DNA from: Candidatus Daviesbacteria bacterium
Lineage (GTDB): Bacteria; Patescibacteriota; Microgenomatia; Daviesbacterales; UBA10151
NCBI GenBank assembly: GCA_016176405.1
Contig: JACOXG010000012.1
Location: 2,217-66,216, forward strand
DNA: 64,000 nt
Direction: 5' to 3'
The translations under genes were made by a program, and so were the position numbers. The number at the start of each line of letters is the position of its first letter. Position 1 is the stretch's first letter. The notes beneath the pieces are model-generated. The model did not search any database, had not been told where the DNA came from, and saw nothing but the letters and a program-made list of their open reading frames with translations. This document shows positions 61,223-64,000 of the stretch, one piece after another.

Positions 61223-61591
61223 TTATTTAACTTTGTCAACTGGAGCTTTGGGCACTTGAATAGTGAATTCATTACATACCACACAAGGACCCAGAGTTGG
61301 ACCTTTTATTCCTCGATCTTGCTTTAACCATTGTAGATTAGCAGGAAGTAGTGAAGTCAAATCATAAGCTTGATAAGTAAAGTTTTGGATGGTGCATGTG
61401 GGATTATTACAACATACATCTACCAATTCACTAAGAGGTTTTTTCAGTTCTTCTCGAAGAGAACGATTCCACCAAATCTCATGTCCCTTCCTTCTTAAAT
61501 AATCAGGAATCTCAAGGGGTGATCTGATAGGTAATTCCATTCCATGGAAAGACCAAATACTTTTTGTTTCAGTTTTAATTTCTATTGCCAT
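61223..61591 (-). CDS. Hypothetical 122-aa Cys-motif protein downstream of Phe-type attenuator
   Basis: AAAGGAGG SD; CNNPTC and CVVC motifs. Confidence 0.75.
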   Translation of the reverse strand: MAIEIKTETKSIWSFHGMELPIRSPLEIPDYLRRKGHEIWWNRSLREELKKPLSELVDVCCNNPTCTIQNFTYQAYDLTSLLPANLQWLKQDRGIKGPTLGPCVVCNEFTIQVPKAPVDKVK

Positions 61592-61613
61592 ATTTCCTCC
61601 TTTCTAACCCACT

Positions 61614-61703
61614 AAAAAACCTCCGCTTCATAAAAATCTACGGAGGTTAGCTTATTTAGTTAGTTTTTATCAACAAAAACCAACCTCCGCTTTAAGCGAA
61701 GGT
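61614..61703 (-). terminator. Attenuator of Phe-rich leader
   Basis: seg1 ACCTTCGC, seg2 GCGGAGGTTGG, seg3 CTAACCTCCGT, seg4 GCGGAGG plus U6. Confidence 0.78.
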
Positions 61704-61739
61704 AAAGAAGAACTTAAATGTTCTACTTGGTTTTTGCAT
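61692..61739 (-). CDS. Phe-rich leader peptide (15 aa)
   Basis: MQKPSRTFKFFFTFA; promoter TTGACA-17-TATATT (extended TG) at 61776-61748. Confidence 0.75.
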   Translation of the reverse strand: MQKPSRTFKFFFTFA

Positions 61740-61801
61740 ACTTTGAAAATATATCAATTATTCTCATTCTTGTCAACTGATGAACTTCCCTGCTATTATT
61801 C

Positions 61802-63193
61802 ATGAAGATGAAAAACCGTACCCTTATCCTAGATTGCACTAAAAAAATTGGGGAGAATGTCACCATTTATGGGTATATTCAAACCAGGAGAGACCATGGA
61901 AAAATTTTATTTTTGGATGTTTTAGATAGATCAGGCTTAATTCAGGTGGTAGTTTCCAAAGGTGCACACCTCCGAGGTGTGGGCCAGACGGAATCTAAGT
62001 CTCACCTCGGAGGTGAAATAAGCCCCCAAGATGTAGTCACAATTTCAGGTAAAGTTAATAAGAGGCCCCCAAATTTAGTTAACAAAAATATTCCCACAGG
62101 TGAAATAGAAATTGCTGCAGAAAAGATTGAGGTTTTATCAAAAGCAGAAGAGTTGCCTTTTGATATGGGAGGTAAAGATTTAGATTTACAACTCCCAACG
62201 CTTCTAGATTATCGTTCACTTACTCTTCGTCATCCTAAAGTTAAACAAATTTTTAAAGTTCAAGCAACAATTTTAGAAGGCTTTCGTAAAATTTCTAAAG
62301 AATTAGGTTGTGTTGAGGTGGTTGTTCCAGAGATTGCTGTATCTTCAACCGAAGGAGGTGCAGAAGTTTTCAAAGTTGATTATTTTGATCATAAGGCATT
62401 CCTTACCCAATCACCACAACTTTATAAACAAATGTTAGTCCCTGTTTTTGAGCGGGTCTTTACAATAGCCCACGCATATCGCGCAGAGCCTTCTGTTACC
62501 ACAAGACACCTGGCAGTTGCAACGCAACTGGATTGTGAGTTTGGATTTGTAGATTTTGAGGAGCTTTTAGATCTTTTGGAAAAAGCTGGTACAGAAACCT
62601 TAAAATTTGCCGAAGCAGAAAGTAAAGATGTATTTAAAGAATGGAATTTGGAAACTATTGCTTTTGGCTCGTCTCGCGGAGCGGGCGAAGCGGGAAAGAT
62701 TCCTAGACTGACCTTAAGAGAAGCCCAGGAGCTAATTTTAAAAGAATTTAAAAGAGATAATACTAAGGAGAAAGATTTAACTCCCCAAGATGAGATAGAT
62801 TTGTGTACATGGGCAAAAAATGTGCACAAGAGTGATTTTGTAACTATTACTCATTTTCCCACTCAAGCCAAACCATTTTATACAATGCCTGATCCAAAAA
62901 ATTCTGAGTACTCATTAAGCTATGATCTTTTATTTAGAGGGGTAGAGGTAATGAGTGGTTCTCAAAGGATTAATGATTATTTTCAACTTGTGGACTCAAT
63001 AAAATCTAGGGGAATGGATCCTAAAAATTTTGAAATGTATCTTCAGGCATTTAAATATGGAATGCCTCCTGAAGGCGGATTTTCTTTTGGGTTAGAGAGA
63101 ATGACAATGCATGTTTTTAAACTTGCCAACATTAGGGAAGCAGCACTTTTTCCCAGAGATATGGAAAGAGTGGATATCAGATTAAATAAATAA
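61802..63193 (+). CDS. aspS: Archaeal-type (probably non-discriminating) aspartyl-tRNA synthetase
   Basis: OB domain RDHGK; LTQSPQLYKQ, YRAEPS, GMPPEGGFSFGLER; no GAD insert. Confidence 0.9.
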   Translation: MKMKNRTLILDCTKKIGENVTIYGYIQTRRDHGKILFLDVLDRSGLIQVVVSKGAHLRGVGQTESKSHLGGEISPQDVVTISGKVNKRPPNLVNKNIPTGEIEIAAEKIEVLSKAEELPFDMGGKDLDLQLPTLLDYRSLTLRHPKVKQIFKVQATILEGFRKISKELGCVEVVVPEIAVSSTEGGAEVFKVDYFDHKAFLTQSPQLYKQMLVPVFERVFTIAHAYRAEPSVTTRHLAVATQLDCEFGFVDFEELLDLLEKAGTETLKFAEAESKDVFKEWNLETIAFGSSRGAGEAGKIPRLTLREAQELILKEFKRDNTKEKDLTPQDEIDLCTWAKNVHKSDFVTITHFPTQAKPFYTMPDPKNSEYSLSYDLLFRGVEVMSGSQRINDYFQLVDSIKSRGMDPKNFEMYLQAFKYGMPPEGGFSFGLERMTMHVFKLANIREAALFPRDMERVDIRLNK

Positions 63194-63211
63194 TTTTCAC
63201 AAATACTTTTA

Positions 63212-64000
63212 ATGGAAATTTCAAAATATCATATTTATTCTGGAATACTTATCCTGATTGCCATTGTAATTTCCAGCTTGACCAGCCAATTGATTAATTC
63301 TGCTGATCCCTTCCTCGCCAGTCTACAGATTCCTCAAAATAGCTCCAATGTAGCAGGAATTCAAAAATATAACCGTCCTCCTGCTTCTCAGAATTTAGCT
63401 GTTCCAGAACTTTCAGCTCGGGCTATTTTAATCAAAGATCTTTCCACAGATACCATACTTTATGAAAAATATGCCAGTATTGCTTTACCAATTGCCTCCA
63501 CCACCAAAATTATGACTGCCCTGGTGTCTTCTGAATATTTTAAACCTAATTCTCCTTTAACAGTCAAAGAGGGATCTAATATATCGGGAGCCAGAGTAGG
63601 ATTATCTTTTGGAGAAAATTTATCTTTTAGATCTTTACTTTATGGCATGCTGCTCTCTTCTGGAAATGATGCTGCTTATGCTATTGCCGAAAACTATCCT
63701 GGTGGAGTTTTGGGATTTGTTTCTGCCATGAACAAAAAAGCAGATGATTTGAAACTAATTAATACTCATTTTGATAATCCGGCAGGTTTTGATTCTCCTA
63801 ATCATTTTTCTTCAGCTGCGGATTTGGCAAAGATTACCGAGCGAGCCCTCAAAGATTATCAACTGGCTAGGATTTTTGCCACCAAAGAAACCAGTATCGT
63901 CTCTTTAGATAAGAAATATAATCATGAAGTATTAAATCTAAACAAACTTTTATCTTCTGTTAAGGGAGTGTTGGGAGTAAAAACAGGTTATACAGAGGGA
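63212..64000 (+). CDS. D-alanyl-D-alanine carboxypeptidase (peptidase S11), 3' partial
   Basis: In-frame ASTTK (SxxK), SGN (SxN), KTG motifs; N-terminal TM. Confidence 0.92.
   Translation, partial: MEISKYHIYSGILILIAIVISSLTSQLINSADPFLASLQIPQNSSNVAGIQKYNRPPASQNLAVPELSARAILIKDLSTDTILYEKYASIALPIASTTKIMTALVSSEYFKPNSPLTVKEGSNISGARVGLSFGENLSFRSLLYGMLLSSGNDAAYAIAENYPGGVLGFVSAMNKKADDLKLINTHFDNPAGFDSPNHFSSAADLAKITERALKDYQLARIFATKETSIVSLDKKYNHEVLNLNKLLSSVKGVLGVKTGYTEG

Overview
AT-rich bacterial chromosome segment in genetic code 11. It is most likely Patescibacteria/CPR, probably Microgenomates; this is inferred from the missing uL30 in the spc operon, GT-C clusters, pilin-like signal peptides and an archaeal-type AspRS. 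Positions 1-26 kb carry rpoC, an interrupted str operon and the S10-spc-alpha superoperon. The rest holds housekeeping genes (pgm, metK, recA, recX, rny, hup, miaA, rnpB, comM, secD/F, cca, recJ, aspS, dac) mixed with accessory genes. Highlights: (1) two tandem, apparently classical translation-coupled attenuators at 61.0-61.8 kb, with a Phe-rich and a Leu-rich leader peptide, each controlling a small unknown protein rather than a biosynthetic operon; (2) several families of short palindromic repeats, one with a fixed 11-nt loop on a fully covarying 13-bp stem, inserted in intergenic DNA, in-frame in proteins, and inside RNase P RNA and a SAM riboswitch; (3) a TrpR-like gene exactly bracketed by 28-bp direct repeats; (4) a tuf lacking its N-terminus/P-loop and a frameshifted rny, both possibly assembly or sequencing artefacts. 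All calls come from reading the sequence and recalling family motifs; no database searches were run.
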